This document shows, in pieces, positions 11,868-23,886 of a stretch of 34,848 nucleotides of DNA (positions within the stretch are counted from its first letter, which is position 1; each line of letters opens with the position of its first letter). The notes under the pieces were generated by a model. That model did no database searches, was not told the origin of the DNA, and worked only from the letters and a program-made list of their open reading frames with translations. The stretch comes from Chiloscyllium plagiosum. Lineage: Eukaryota. A program made the translations under genes and the position numbers. The stretch spans positions 12,563,867 through 12,598,714 of the forward strand of contig NC_057752.1 in NCBI RefSeq assembly GCF_004010195.1. Direction: 5' to 3'.

Positions 11868-13510
11868 TGATTGGGTGAACCAAATTGGAAAGGGCAACTA
11901 CAACAATAAATTCATAGAGGGCATTAAGGTTACCTCAGATTACAGCGGGATCTGGACCAGATGGGCCAATGGGCTGAGAAGTGGCAGATGGAGTTTAATT
12001 CAGATAAAAGCGAGGTGCTGCATTGTGGGAAAGCAAATCTTAGCAGGACTTATACACTTAATGGTAAGGTCCTAGGGAGTGTTGCTGAACAAAGAGACCT
12101 TGGAGTGCAGGTTCATAGCTCCTTGAAAGTAGAGTCGCAGGTAGATAGGATAGTGAAGGTGTTTGGTATGCTTTCCTTTATTGGTCAGAGTATTGAGATG
12201 GATAGGGTAAATAGGCAAAGTCTTTTCCCCAGGATTGTGCAGTCCAGAACTAGAGGGCATAGGTTTAGGGTGAGAGGGGAAAGATATAAAAGGGACCTAA
12301 TGGGCAACTTTTTCACGCAGAGAGTGGTACGGGTATGGAATGAGCTGCCAGAGGAAGTGATGGAGGCTGGTACAATTGCAACACTTAAGAGGCATTTGAA
12401 TGGGTATATGAATAGGAAGGGTTTGGAGGGATATGGGCCAAGTGCTGGCAGGTGGGACTAGATTGGGTTGGGATATCTGGTCGGCATGGACGGGTTGGAC
12501 CAAAGGGTCTGTTTCCATGCTGTACATCTCTATGACTCTATTACATCATGGAGCCCACCAAGCAGTCGGCCAACTTACACCTGGTAATGAGGCAGGTTTA
12601 ATAAATGAGCTCAGGGTAAAAAGATTGCCGAGGAAGTAGTGATCATAACATGATCGTATTTAATAATCAATTTGAGAGTGAGAAACTTGGGTCAGAACAA
12701 CTGTGTTTAACTTAAATAAAGGACATTACAATGAATTGGGGATAGAGTTAGGGAAAGTGAACTGAGAGGATAGATTAGACAATAAGCAAACAGGGGCAGA
12801 TATTTAAAAGGAGGTAATTCATGACTTTCAGCAAAAATACGCCCTAGTAAGGAGGAAAGATTCTGAGAGGGGTAAACCAGTCATGCTAACCAAGAAAGTC
12901 GAGAGTATTAAGTTGACAAGGAAAACATATAAGAGGCTAAAGTCAATCCCGAAGACAGCGATAATTTCAGAGTCCCACAAAGGAAGACTAAAAAGATAAT
13001 TAAAGACAAAACAAACTATGAAGGCAAACTAGTGAGAAATATAAATACTGACAATAAGAGCTTATTTAAATATATAAAAAGGAATAGAGATAAAAATGAA
13101 CGTAGACCCCTTTAAAAAAAACAGTTTGGTGAATAAGAAAATGGTCGACGAGTTAAACAGATCTTTTGCATCAGTCTTTATGGAGCATTCCATTAATGCT
13201 AAGGAATATGGGGAAGGAATTAAGTACCATCATCATCAAAGTGGTAATATTAGATAAACTAATGGGGTTAAAGGTGGATCAGTCCCCCTGGTCCTGATGG
13301 CTTGGACCCAAGGATCCTAAAAGACAGAGCTGCAGAGATTGTGGATGCATTGGTTGCAATTTTCCAAAAACTGTTGGAATCTGGAAAAGTCCCAGAGGAT
13401 TGGAAACCTGTTAATGTGACACCCCTATTCAAAAAGGGATTGAGGCAAAATGCAGGTCACTGTTGGCTGTTTAGCCTAATATTTATTGTTAGAAAAGTAT
13501 TGGAATCAAT
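11868..13510 (+). mobile_element. Older (outer) CR1, ORF2 endonuclease to pre-RT region; continues inverted at 20045-20318
   Basis: WVNQIGKG..KFIEGI, IMEPTK, then PRILKDRAAEIVDALVAIFQKLLESGKVPEDWKPVNVTPLFKKG..VRKVLESI. Confidence 0.85.
11927..12540 (+). mobile_element. Young 5'-truncated CR1/HER1-type LINE with an internal deletion, inserted in an older CR1
   Basis: ORF 11961..12461 MGQWAEKWQMEFNSDK..FFTQRVVRVWNELP; tail ctctatgactcta. Confidence 0.92.
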
Positions 13511-14622
13511 ATATAGTCACGGGCACAGGATGGCATTTCTTTGGCTGCAAAAGGGACTCTGGTTTTGCCTCCCTAGTGCCAGGGTCAAAGGTGAGTGGGC
13601 ACAGGATATTCTCAAAAGAGTGGGGGAGCAAACAGAGGTCGTGGTGCACAATGGGACTGGCAGCATTGGCAAGAAGAGTGACGAGGTCTTGCAAAAGGGA
13701 GTTCAGGGAAGGAAGGTGAAAACCAGAACCTCTAGAGTTGTAATCTCAGAACTACTCCTTGTGCCAGTGAAGCTCGGAATAGGAAGGTAACACAGTTTAA
13801 TATGCGGCTAGAGTAGGAGATATCTGGATCATTGGGATGTCTTCTAGGGCAGGTGGGACCTGTACAAGGAGGATGGGCTGCACCTAATCTGGAGGGACAC
13901 CAATATTCTGATGGGGAGGACGAGGACTCACTGAGTTGTGCCGGGACTTGGATTTTTAAGACCACCCAGGAGGACTTGTTGAAGTGATCTATAAATAGCC
14001 CAACTTGGGAAGGGGCCACACTAGACCTGGAATTGGGGAATGAGCCCAGTCACGTGATCAAAGTTTCAGTGGGAATAGTGATCATAATTCAGTAAGTTTT
14101 AACTTATGGATAAGGATAAGAGTACCCCACAATTGGAATTACTACACTGGGGGAAGGCGAGCTATGACTGTATTAGGCAGTAGATAGGGGAGGATGGCTG
14201 TTTGAGGGTAAATCCACATCTGACATGTGGGAATCCTCGCAAGGCCGGTTGGTTAGAGTTCAGGACACAGTCTGTTCCCATGAAACTGAAGGATAAGGAT
14301 GGCACGATTCAGGAAGCTAGGATGACAAGAGAAATTGTGAGCTTAGTCAACCAGAATAAGAAAGGCAGATGTGAGGTTTAGGAACCTGAGGACAGACACA
14401 GCCCTGGAAGAATATGAGGATAGCAGGAAATAATTTTACCAAGAGTTAAGAGACTAAAAGGGACCATGAAATGTCTTTGGCAAATATGGTTAAGGAAAAT
14501 CCCAAAGCATTTTATACATATATTAGGATCAAGAGGGCAGCGAAGGAAAGGGGAGGTCCAGTCAAGCTCAACGGAGAGAATTTATGTGTGGGGCCAGAGG
14601 AAGTGGGGTAGGTCCTCAATGA
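13511..14622 (+). mobile_element. Nested (inner) CR1: ORF1 SGNH-esterase remnant and ORF2 5' part; continues inverted at 20741-21695
   Basis: CLPSARV..GEQTEVVVHNGT..RTSRVVISELL..DLYKEDGLHL (CR1 ORF1 esterase), then HEMSLANMVKENPKAFYTYI..LCVGPEEVG*VLNE. Confidence 0.85.
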
Positions 14623-14680
14623 GTCACTGTGCTGGGGTCAGGGGGTGGGGTCACTGTTGGGGTCAAGGGGGTCACTTGCT

Positions 14681-17600
14681 GGGGACAGGGGATGGGGACA
14701 CTGTGCTGGGGACAGGGGATGGGGACACTGTGCTGGGGACAGGGGATGGGGACACTGTGCTGGGGACAGGGGATGGGGACACTGTGCTGGGGACAGGGGA
14801 TGGGGACACTGTGCTGGGGACAGGGGATGGGGACACTGTGCTGGGGACAGGGGATGGGGACACTGTGCTGGGGACAGGGGATGGGGACACTGTGCTGGGG
14901 ACAGGGGATGGGGACACTGTGCTGGGGACAGGGGATGGGGACACTGTGCTGGGGACAGGGGATGGGGACACTGTGCTGGGGACAGGGGATGGGGACACTG
15001 TGCTGGGGACAGGGGATGGGGACACTGTGCTGGGGACAGGGGATGGGGACACTGTGCTGGGGACAGGGGATGGGGACACTGTGCTGGGGACAGGGGATGG
15101 GGACACTGTGCTGGGGACAGGGGATGGGGACACTGTGCTGGGGACAGGGGATGGGGACACTGTGCTGGGGACAGGGGATGGGGACACTGTGCTGGGGACA
15201 GGGGATGGGGACACTGTGCTGGGGACAGGGGATGGGGACACTGTGCTGGGGACAGGGGATGGGGACACTGTGCTGGGGACAGGGGATGGGGACACTGTGC
15301 TGGGGACAGGGGATGGGGACACTGTGCTGGGGACAGGGGATGGGGACACTGTGCTGGGGACAGGGGATGGGGACACTGTGCTGGGGACAGGGGATGGGGA
15401 CACTGTGCTGGGGACAGGGGATGGGGACACTGTGCTGGGGACAGGGGATGGGGACACTGTGCTGGGGACAGGGGATGGGGACACTGTGCTGGGGACAGGG
15501 GATGGGGACACTGTGCTGGGGACAGGGGATGGGGACACTGTGCTGGGGACAGGGGATGGGGACACTGTGCTGGGGACAGGGGATGGGGACACTGTGCTGG
15601 GGACAGGGGATGGGGACACTGTGCTGGGGACAGGGGATGGGGACACTGTGCTGGGGACAGGGGATGGGGACACTGTGCTGGGGACAGGGGATGGGGACAC
15701 TGTGCTGGGGACAGGGGATGGGGACACTGTGCTGGGGACAGGGGATGGGGACACTGTGCTGGGGACAGGGGATGGGGACACTGTGCTGGGGACAGGGGAT
15801 GGGGACACTGTGCTGGGGACAGGGGATGGGGACACTGTGCTGGGGACAGGGGATGGGGACACTGTGCTGGGGACAGGGGATGGGGACACTGTGCTGGGGA
15901 CAGGGGATGGGGACACTGTGCTGGGGACAGGGGATGGGGACACTGTGCTGGGGACAGGGGATGGGGACACTGTGCTGGGGACAGGGGATGGGGACACTGT
16001 GCTGGGGACAGGGGATGGGGACACTGTGCTGGGGACAGGGGATGGGGACACTGTGCTGGGGACAGGGGATGGGGACACTGTGCTGGGGACAGGGGATGGG
16101 GACACTGTGCTGGGGACAGGGGATGGGGACACTGTGCTGGGGACAGGGGATGGGGACACTGTGCTGGGGACAGGGGATGGGGACACTGTGCTGGGGACAG
16201 GGGATGGGGACACTGTGCTGGGGACAGGGGATGGGGACACTGTGCTGGGGACAGGGGATGGGGACACTGTGCTGGGGACAGGGGATGGGGACACTGTGCT
16301 GGGGACAGGGGATGGGGACACTGTGCTGGGGACAGGGGATGGGGACACTGTGCTGGGGACAGGGGATGGGGACACTGTGCTGGGGACAGGGGATGGGGAC
16401 ACTGTGCTGGGGACAGGGGATGGGGACACTGTGCTGGGGACAGGGGATGGGGACACTGTGCTGGGGACAGGGGATGGGGACACTGTGCTGGGGACAGGGG
16501 ATGGGGACACTGTGCTGGGGACAGGGGATGGGGACACTGTGCTGGGGACAGGGGATGGGGACACTGTGCTGGGGACAGGGGATGGGGACACTGTGCTGGG
16601 GACAGGGGATGGGGACACTGTGCTGGGGACAGGGGATGGGGACACTGTGCTGGGGACAGGGGATGGGGACACTGTGCTGGGGACAGGGGATGGGGACACT
16701 GTGCTGGGGACAGGGGATGGGGACACTGTGCTGGGGACAGGGGATGGGGACACTGTGCTGGGGACAGGGGATGGGGACACTGTGCTGGGGACAGGGGATG
16801 GGGACACTGTGCTGGGGACAGGGGATGGGGACACTGTGCTGGGGACAGGGGATGGGGACACTGTGCTGGGGACAGGGGATGGGGACACTGTGCTGGGGAC
16901 AGGGGATGGGGACACTGTGCTGGGGACAGGGGATGGGGACACTGTGCTGGGGACAGGGGATGGGGACACTGTGCTGGGGACAGGGGATGGGGACACTGTG
17001 CTGGGGACAGGGGATGGGGACACTGTGCTGGGGACAGGGGATGGGGACACTGTGCTGGGGACAGGGGATGGGGACACTGTGCTGGGGACAGGGGATGGGG
17101 ACACTGTGCTGGGGACAGGGGATGGGGACACTGTGCTGGGGACAGGGGATGGGGACACTGTGCTGGGGACAGGGGATGGGGACACTGTGCTGGGGACAGG
17201 GGATGGGGACACTGTGCTGGGGACAGGGGATGGGGACACTGTGCTGGGGACAGGGGATGGGGACACTGTGCTGGGGACAGGGGATGGGGACACTGTGCTG
17301 GGGACAGGGGATGGGGACACTGTGCTGGGGACAGGGGATGGGGACACTGTGCTGGGGACAGGGGATGGGGACACTGTGCTGGGGACAGGGGATGGGGACA
17401 CTGTGCTGGGGACAGGGGATGGGGACACTGTGCTGGGGACAGGGGATGGGGACACTGTGCTGGGGACAGGGGATGGGGACACTGTGCTGGGGACAGGGGA
17501 TGGGGACACTGTGCTGGGGACAGGGGATGGGGACACTGTGCTGGGGACAGGGGATGGGGACACTGTGCTGGGGACAGGGGATGGGGACACTGTGCTGGGG

Positions 17601-19810
17601 ACAGGGGATGGGGACACTGTGCTGGGGACAGGGGATGGGGACACTGTGCTGGGGACAGGGGATGGGGACACTGTGCTGGGGACAGGGGATGGGGACACTG
17701 TGCTGGGGACAGGGGATGGGGACACTGTGCTGGGGACAGGGGATGGGGACACTGTGCTGGGGACAGGGGATGGGGACACTGTGCTGGGGACAGGGGATGG
17801 GGACACTGTGCTGGGGACAGGGGATGGGGACACTGTGCTGGGGACAGGGGATGGGGACACTGTGCTGGGGACAGGGGATGGGGACACTGTGCTGGGGACA
17901 GGGGATGGGGACACTGTGCTGGGGACAGGGGATGGGGACACTGTGCTGGGGACAGGGGATGGGGACACTGTGCTGGGGACAGGGGATGGGGACACTGTGC
18001 TGGGGACAGGGGATGGGGACACTGTGCTGGGGACAGGGGATGGGGACACTGTGCTGGGGACAGGGGATGGGGACACTGTGCTGGGGACAGGGGATGGGGA
18101 CACTGTGCTGGGGACAGGGGATGGGGACACTGTGCTGGGGACAGGGGATGGGGACACTGTGCTGGGGACAGGGGATGGGGACACTGTGCTGGGGACAGGG
18201 GATGGGGACACTGTGCTGGGGACAGGGGATGGGGACACTGTGCTGGGGACAGGGGATGGGGACACTGTGCTGGGGACAGGGGATGGGGACACTGTGCTGG
18301 GGACAGGGGATGGGGACACTGTGCTGGGGACAGGGGATGGGGACACTGTGCTGGGGACAGGGGATGGGGACACTGTGCTGGGGACAGGGGATGGGGACAC
18401 TGTGCTGGGGACAGGGGATGGGGACACTGTGCTGGGGACAGGGGATGGGGACACTGTGCTGGGGACAGGGGATGGGGACACTGTGCTGGGGACAGGGGAT
18501 GGGGACACTGTGCTGGGGACAGGGGATGGGGACACTGTGCTGGGGACAGGGGATGGGGACACTGTGCTGGGGACAGGGGATGGGGACACTGTGCTGGGGA
18601 CAGGGGATGGGGACACTGTGCTGGGGACAGGGGATGGGGACACTGTGCTGGGGACAGGGGATGGGGACACTGTGCTGGGGACAGGGGATGGGGACACTGT
18701 GCTGGGGACAGGGGATGGGGACACTGTGCTGGGGACAGGGGATGGGGACACTGTGCTGGGGACAGGGGATGGGGACACTGTGCTGGGGACAGGGGATGGG
18801 GACACTGTGCTGGGGACAGGGGATGGGGACACTGTGCTGGGGACAGGGGATGGGGACACTGTGCTGGGGACAGGGGATGGGGACACTGTGCTGGGGACAG
18901 GGGATGGGGACACTGTGCTGGGGACAGGGGATGGGGACACTGTGCTGGGGACAGGGGATGGGGACACTGTGCTGGGGACAGGGGATGGGGACACTGTGCT
19001 GGGGACAGGGGATGGGGACACTGTGCTGGGGACAGGGGATGGGGACACTGTGCTGGGGACAGGGGATGGGGACACTGTGCTGGGGACAGGGGATGGGGAC
19101 ACTGTGCTGGGGACAGGGGATGGGGACACTGTGCTGGGGACAGGGGATGGGGACACTGTGCTGGGGACAGGGGATGGGGACACTGTGCTGGGGACAGGGG
19201 ATGGGGACACTGTGCTGGGGACAGGGGATGGGGACACTGTGCTGGGGACAGGGGATGGGGACACTGTGCTGGGGACAGGGGATGGGGACACTGTGCTGGG
19301 GACAGGGGATGGGGACACTGTGCTGGGGACAGGGGATGGGGACACTGTGCTGGGGACAGGGGATGGGGACACTGTGCTGGGGACAGGGGATGGGGACACT
19401 GTGCTGGGGACAGGGGATGGGGACACTGTGCTGGGGACAGGGGATGGGGACACTGTGCTGGGGACAGGGGATGGGGACACTGTGCTGGGGACAGGGGATG
19501 GGGACACTGTGCTGGGGACAGGGGATGGGGACACTGTGCTGGGGACAGGGGATGGGGACACTGTGCTGGGGACAGGGGATGGGGACACTGTGCTGGGGAC
19601 AGGGGATGGGGACACTGTGCTGGGGACAGGGGATGGGGACACTGTGCTGGGGACAGGGGATGGGGACACTGTGCTGGGGACAGGGGATGGGGACACTGTG
19701 CTGGGGACAGGGGATGGGGACACTGTGCTGGGGACAGGGGATGGGGACACTGTGCTGGGGACAGGGGATGGGGACACTGTGCTGGGGACAGGGGATGGGG
19801 ACACTGTGCT
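14681..19810 (+). repeat. Minisatellite: 190 apparently identical copies of the 27-mer ggggacaggggatggggacactgtgct; degenerate flanks at 14623-14680 and 19811-19880
   Basis: 5130 bp = 190 x 27. The ORF track shows invariant 9-aa repeats in five frames. Confidence 0.97.
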
Positions 19811-20044
19811 GGGGACAGGGGGTTGGGTCTCTGTGCTGGGGGCGGGTGTGGGGTCACTGTGCTGGGGTCAGAGGGTGGGGTTAGTCTGCTGTTGTTGCTT
19901 CTATTGTCCCAACTTAAAAACTAACCAATGGCCTCATAAACCATTTATTGTATTAGCTTGCAGGAGATAGCTCACTACCTATGGCGAAAAACCTCTTTAA
20001 AAAATGACAAATGACACCTCTTAAAGCCATTGTATTGTCACACT

Positions 20045-20318
20045 GCCCACGAGCCAATTCTCTCTCCATGCCAATATCCTACCTCCAATACCATGGCCTC
20101 TTCTCTTATCACTTAACTTTTTGTGAGGTACCGTGTCAAATGGTTTCTCAATGTCCAAATACAGTACATCTACTGGTTCCCCTCTCTTCACATTGGGTGC
20201 ACCTTCCTCAACAAACTCTAATAAATGAGTCAGGCGTGTTTTCCCTTTCATGATGCCACGCTGCCTTTGCTTTGACGAGATCGTGATTTTCCAAGTATTC
20301 TGCTATTGCTTCCTCAAT
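20045..20318 (-). mobile_element. Continuation of the outer CR1 (RT start)
   Basis: IEEAIAEYLENHDLV..MKGKTRLTHLLEFVEE..PVDVLYLDIEKPFDTVPH..ILAWRENWL. Confidence 0.85.
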
Positions 20319-20334
20319 AACTAATTTTTAAAAA

Positions 20335-20725
20335 CCCAAGGACAGTACAGCACAGCAAGCTTGCGCTGACATGTGATGCCTTTCTAAGTAACTTTCGTCT
20401 CTCTGTGGTCCCTATCCCTCCACTCTGCCTGTTCATACATCTGTCAAGGTCCCTCTTAAACATTGCTATTGTATCTGCTTCTACAACTTCCCTTGGCAGT
20501 GCATTATAGACACTTAGTATCCTCTGTGTAAAAAAAACTGCTTCTTTTAAACTTACCCCTTTCACCTCTGCCCGCTACCCTGGAAAAAAAACCTCCGACT
20601 ATCCATTCTATCCAGGCCTCTCATAATCTTGTAAACATTATGTGGGTTGCCTCTCAACCTGCAACATCCAAGTGAAAACAACCAGATTTGTCCAATCTCT
20701 CCTCATAACTCATACCCTCCAAACC
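20335..20725 (-). mobile_element. CR1 3' fragment
   Basis: FFTQRILSVYNALPREVVEADTIAMFKRDLD. Confidence 0.8.
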
Positions 20726-20740
20726 ATCTACACTCCAACA

Positions 20741-21695
20741 GAACATAGACCTGTACAGCACAGGAACAGGCCCTTCGGCCCACAATGTTGTGCTGAACAT
20801 AATGCCAAGTTAAACTAAACCCTTCTGCCTGCCCTTGGTCCATATCCTTCCATTCCTTGCAGCTCCATGTGCTTATCTGAAAGTCCCTTAAACACCCTTA
20901 TTGTATTTGCCTCCACCATCACCCCTGGCAGTGTATTCCAGACTCCTACCACTCTCAGTGTAAAAAACGTGCCCCTCACATCTCCTTTGAACTCGCTCCC
21001 TCTCACCTTAAAAGCATGCACCTAGTATTCCCCTCCAAATCATTTATATCTATTACAATCAACAGGGGTCTAGCACTGGTCCCTATGGATCACCACTGGT
21101 TACAGAGCTCCAGTCTGAAAAACACTCCTCCATCACTACTCTCTGTCTTCCCTGACCAAGCCAGTTCATTCCCAGCTCACAGCGGATCCCCTGGGACTTC
21201 ACCTTCTGTATCAGCCTGTCGTGAGCGACCTTATCAAACACCTTGCTAAAGTCCCTGCAGACATCTATGGCCCTAACTTTGACACTTCCTCAAAAAACTC
21301 AATCAAGTTTGTGAGGCACGACCTCCCCCACACAAGGCCACACTCCCTGTCTCTAATAACTCCATATTTTTCCAAATATGTGTAAATCCTGTCCCTAAGA
21401 ATATTTCCCTCCCACTGGCAAAAGGCTCACTGACCTGTGATTTCCCAGATTAAACAAAAGGAACACTGTTACTATTCTTTATCCCTTTGAGACCTCTCCT
21501 GTGACGAAACAGGATACAAAAATGTCCCTACAAGGGCCCAACTATTTCCTCATCTGTCCCTCTCAGAATTCTGGGACAGATCCCATCGGGTCCTGGCGAC
21601 GTGTCAACATTAATGCTTTTTAAAACAGCCAACAGTTCAGCCTTTATTTATACCAACATGCCCGAGAATATCAACATATCCCTCTCTAGATACCC
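20741..21695 (-). mobile_element. Continuation and 3' end of the inner CR1 (internally deleted)
   Basis: REGYVDILGHVGI..LKSINVDTSPGPDGICPRIL..FFTLRVVGVWNTLP, plus 3' tail. Confidence 0.85.
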
Positions 21696-22482
21696 CCTGA
21701 CCCCAGCAAAGGGACCCCACCCCCTGAGCCCAGCACAGTAACCCCAACCCCCCTGACCCCAGCACAGTGACCCCANNNNNNNNNNNNNNNNNNNNNNNNN
21801 NNNNNNNNNNNNNNNNNNNNNNNNNNNNNNNNNNNNNNNNNNNNNNNNNNNNNNNNNNNNNNNNNNNNNNNNNNNNNNNNNNNNNNNNNNNNNNNNNNNN
21901 NNNNNNNNNNNNNNNNNNNNNNNNNNNNNNNNNNNNNNNNNNNNNNNNNNNNNNNNNNNNNNNNNNNNNNNNNNNNNNNNNNNNNNNNNNNNNNNNNNNN
22001 NNNNNNNNNNNNNNNNNNNNNNNNNNNNNNNNNNNNNNNNNNNNNNNNNNNNNNNNNNNNNNNNNNNNNNNNNNNNNNNNNNNNNNNNNNNNNNNNNNNN
22101 NNNNNNNNNNNNNNNNNNNNNNNNNNNNNNNNNNNNNNNNNNNNNNNNNNNNNNNNNNNNNNNNNNNNNNNNNNNNNNNNNNNNNNNNNNNNNNNNNNNN
22201 NNNNNNNNNNNNNNNNNNNNNNNNNNNNNNNNNNNNNNNNNNNNNNNNNNNNNNNNNNNNNNNNNNNNNNNNNNNNNNNNNNNNNNNNNNNNNNNNNNNN
22301 NNNNNNNNNNCCCCCTGATCCCAGCACAGTGACCCCACCCCCTGTCCCCAGCACAGAGACCCCACCTCCTTACATTGACCCCACCCCTGACCCCAACACA
22401 GTGACCCCACCCCGTCCCTAGCACAGAGACCCCACCCACTGTCCCCACCACAGTGACCCCACCCCCTGAGCCCAGCACAGTG
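21696..22482 (-). repeat. Degenerate copies of the same ~27-bp minisatellite in opposite orientation, spanning gap 21776-22310
   Basis: ccccagcacagtgaccccacccc units are the reverse complement of the 14623-19880 array variants. Confidence 0.9.
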
Positions 22483-22519
22483 TGAACTCCTGAAACCGCT
22501 CCCATTTCCCAACCAGCCT

Positions 22520-22544
22520 TGTGTGTGTGTGTGTGTGTGTGTGT
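22520..22544. repeat. (TG)n microsatellite
   Basis: About 12 TG units. Confidence 0.95.
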
Positions 22545-23674
22545 GGTTGGAGAGTTGCTGGGATTAGGGGTGGTGGGGCAGCGAGCAATACAGTAGCACC
22601 GCAATAAATATTTGTCGGAAATGATCAAGGAAACATAATTGGGAACTGATAAATAATTAAAGGAATTGATTGAATGTATCGGCTAATGGGTTAGCATCAT
22701 CATGCTCCGAATGGATACATCATCATGGAGGCACATTCGGAATTAAGACCAAAGGTTAGTGGGATTCGAGGAATGTTCTGTCCTAACTCCTTTTTATTTC
22801 TATGTAAATGGTCATCAAGGGTTCCTGTTTTGTGGTCTGACCCAGTACATTATCTCTGTCAGCTTCCAATGGGAAAAGTGGCTGAAGTCCTTCCACCAGG
22901 CTGGATGTTATGGGCAGGGAGCATTCACAACAATGGCCTCCCCTCTGTCACTGCAAGCCAACACAAAGAAGGCCTTGAACGCTGCCAGGTTTTGTCCCAC
23001 CTCCCCTCTTTGTGAGTGACGAGAACTGACAATTTGCAAAGAAGCTGCAGCGCTGTCCTCAGCCTCCAGCTCAGGCTTTGTGGCCATCAGCTAACATTCC
23101 CCACCCACCCATCCACCGCCCAGGTCCAGCTGACATCAGCACTGGCTCCGAGCCCAACGTTCCTGTAAGGAGGCAGAAGGGGAAACCTTCCACAGGCTGA
23201 GCCTGAAACTGCAGGCTCTGCAGCTCTCTGCCGCAGTATCACTTTCCCAGGGCTCTGTCAATGCGGCAGAATGTTGCTGAGAGAGAATCAGGTCCCGGTG
23301 CACACCCCAGGCCCGGCCTGCCAGGCTTTGCATTCACAAGCAGAGAGGCCCGTTTTCAGAATGGATTTAGGCAAATCAGGCCTTACACTGACTTCTACAA
23401 GCTTGGGCACATTCCTGTCTGCAGCTTGTGTGTTGATAATGACATTCACAGCTCTCCCTAAAACTTGTTATCTCCTGATGCCTGTTCCTCACTCGGCCAT
23501 CGGTTCCCCCCGTTTTCTCTTTCAATTCCTTTAGCTGTTCAAAGCTGACGTTTAGTTACATCAAGCAGCAGAATAACGGGAATTTCATTTGAGCACAGCT
23601 GAGGACTGGATGATGTGGAGGTACTGGTGTTGGACTGAGGTGGACCAAGTTAAAAATCACACAACACCAGGTTA

Positions 23675-23886
23675 CAGCTGGAAATGTGTTGCTGGAAAAG
23701 CGCAGCAGGTCAGGCAGCATCCAGGGAACAGGAGAATCGACGTTTCAGGCATAAGCCCTTCTTCCTGAAGAAGGGCTTATGCCCGAAACGTCGATTCTCC
23801 TGTTCCCTGGATGCTGCCTGACCTGCTGCGCTTTTCCAGCAACACATTTCCAGCTCTGATCTCCAGCAACTGCAGACCTCACTAAG
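23675..23886. mobile_element. Penelope-like hairpin (family A) with 9-bp target duplication
   Basis: 89-bp arms 23676-23764 and 23767-23855, one mismatch; accaggtta at 23666-23674 and 23887-23895. Confidence 0.8.
23765..23792 (+). ncRNA. Minimal hammerhead-ribozyme-like core
   Basis: CTGAAGA-a-GGGC-ttat-GCCC-GAAAC-GTC; helix I is weak here. Confidence 0.5.

Noticed and set aside
14681..19810. CRISPR array or Ig class-switch region
   Set aside because: Units are head-to-tail with no spacers and no cas genes are present. The unit lacks the AGCT motifs typical of switch repeats.
14466..19970. Five 1700-1830 aa ORFs as a giant repeat protein (RTX-, mucin- or antifreeze-like)
   Set aside because: They result from a stop-free 27-bp unit open in all frames, with no synonymous variation. 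The N-terminus of the longest is out-of-frame CR1 sequence, and there is no signal peptide or domain.
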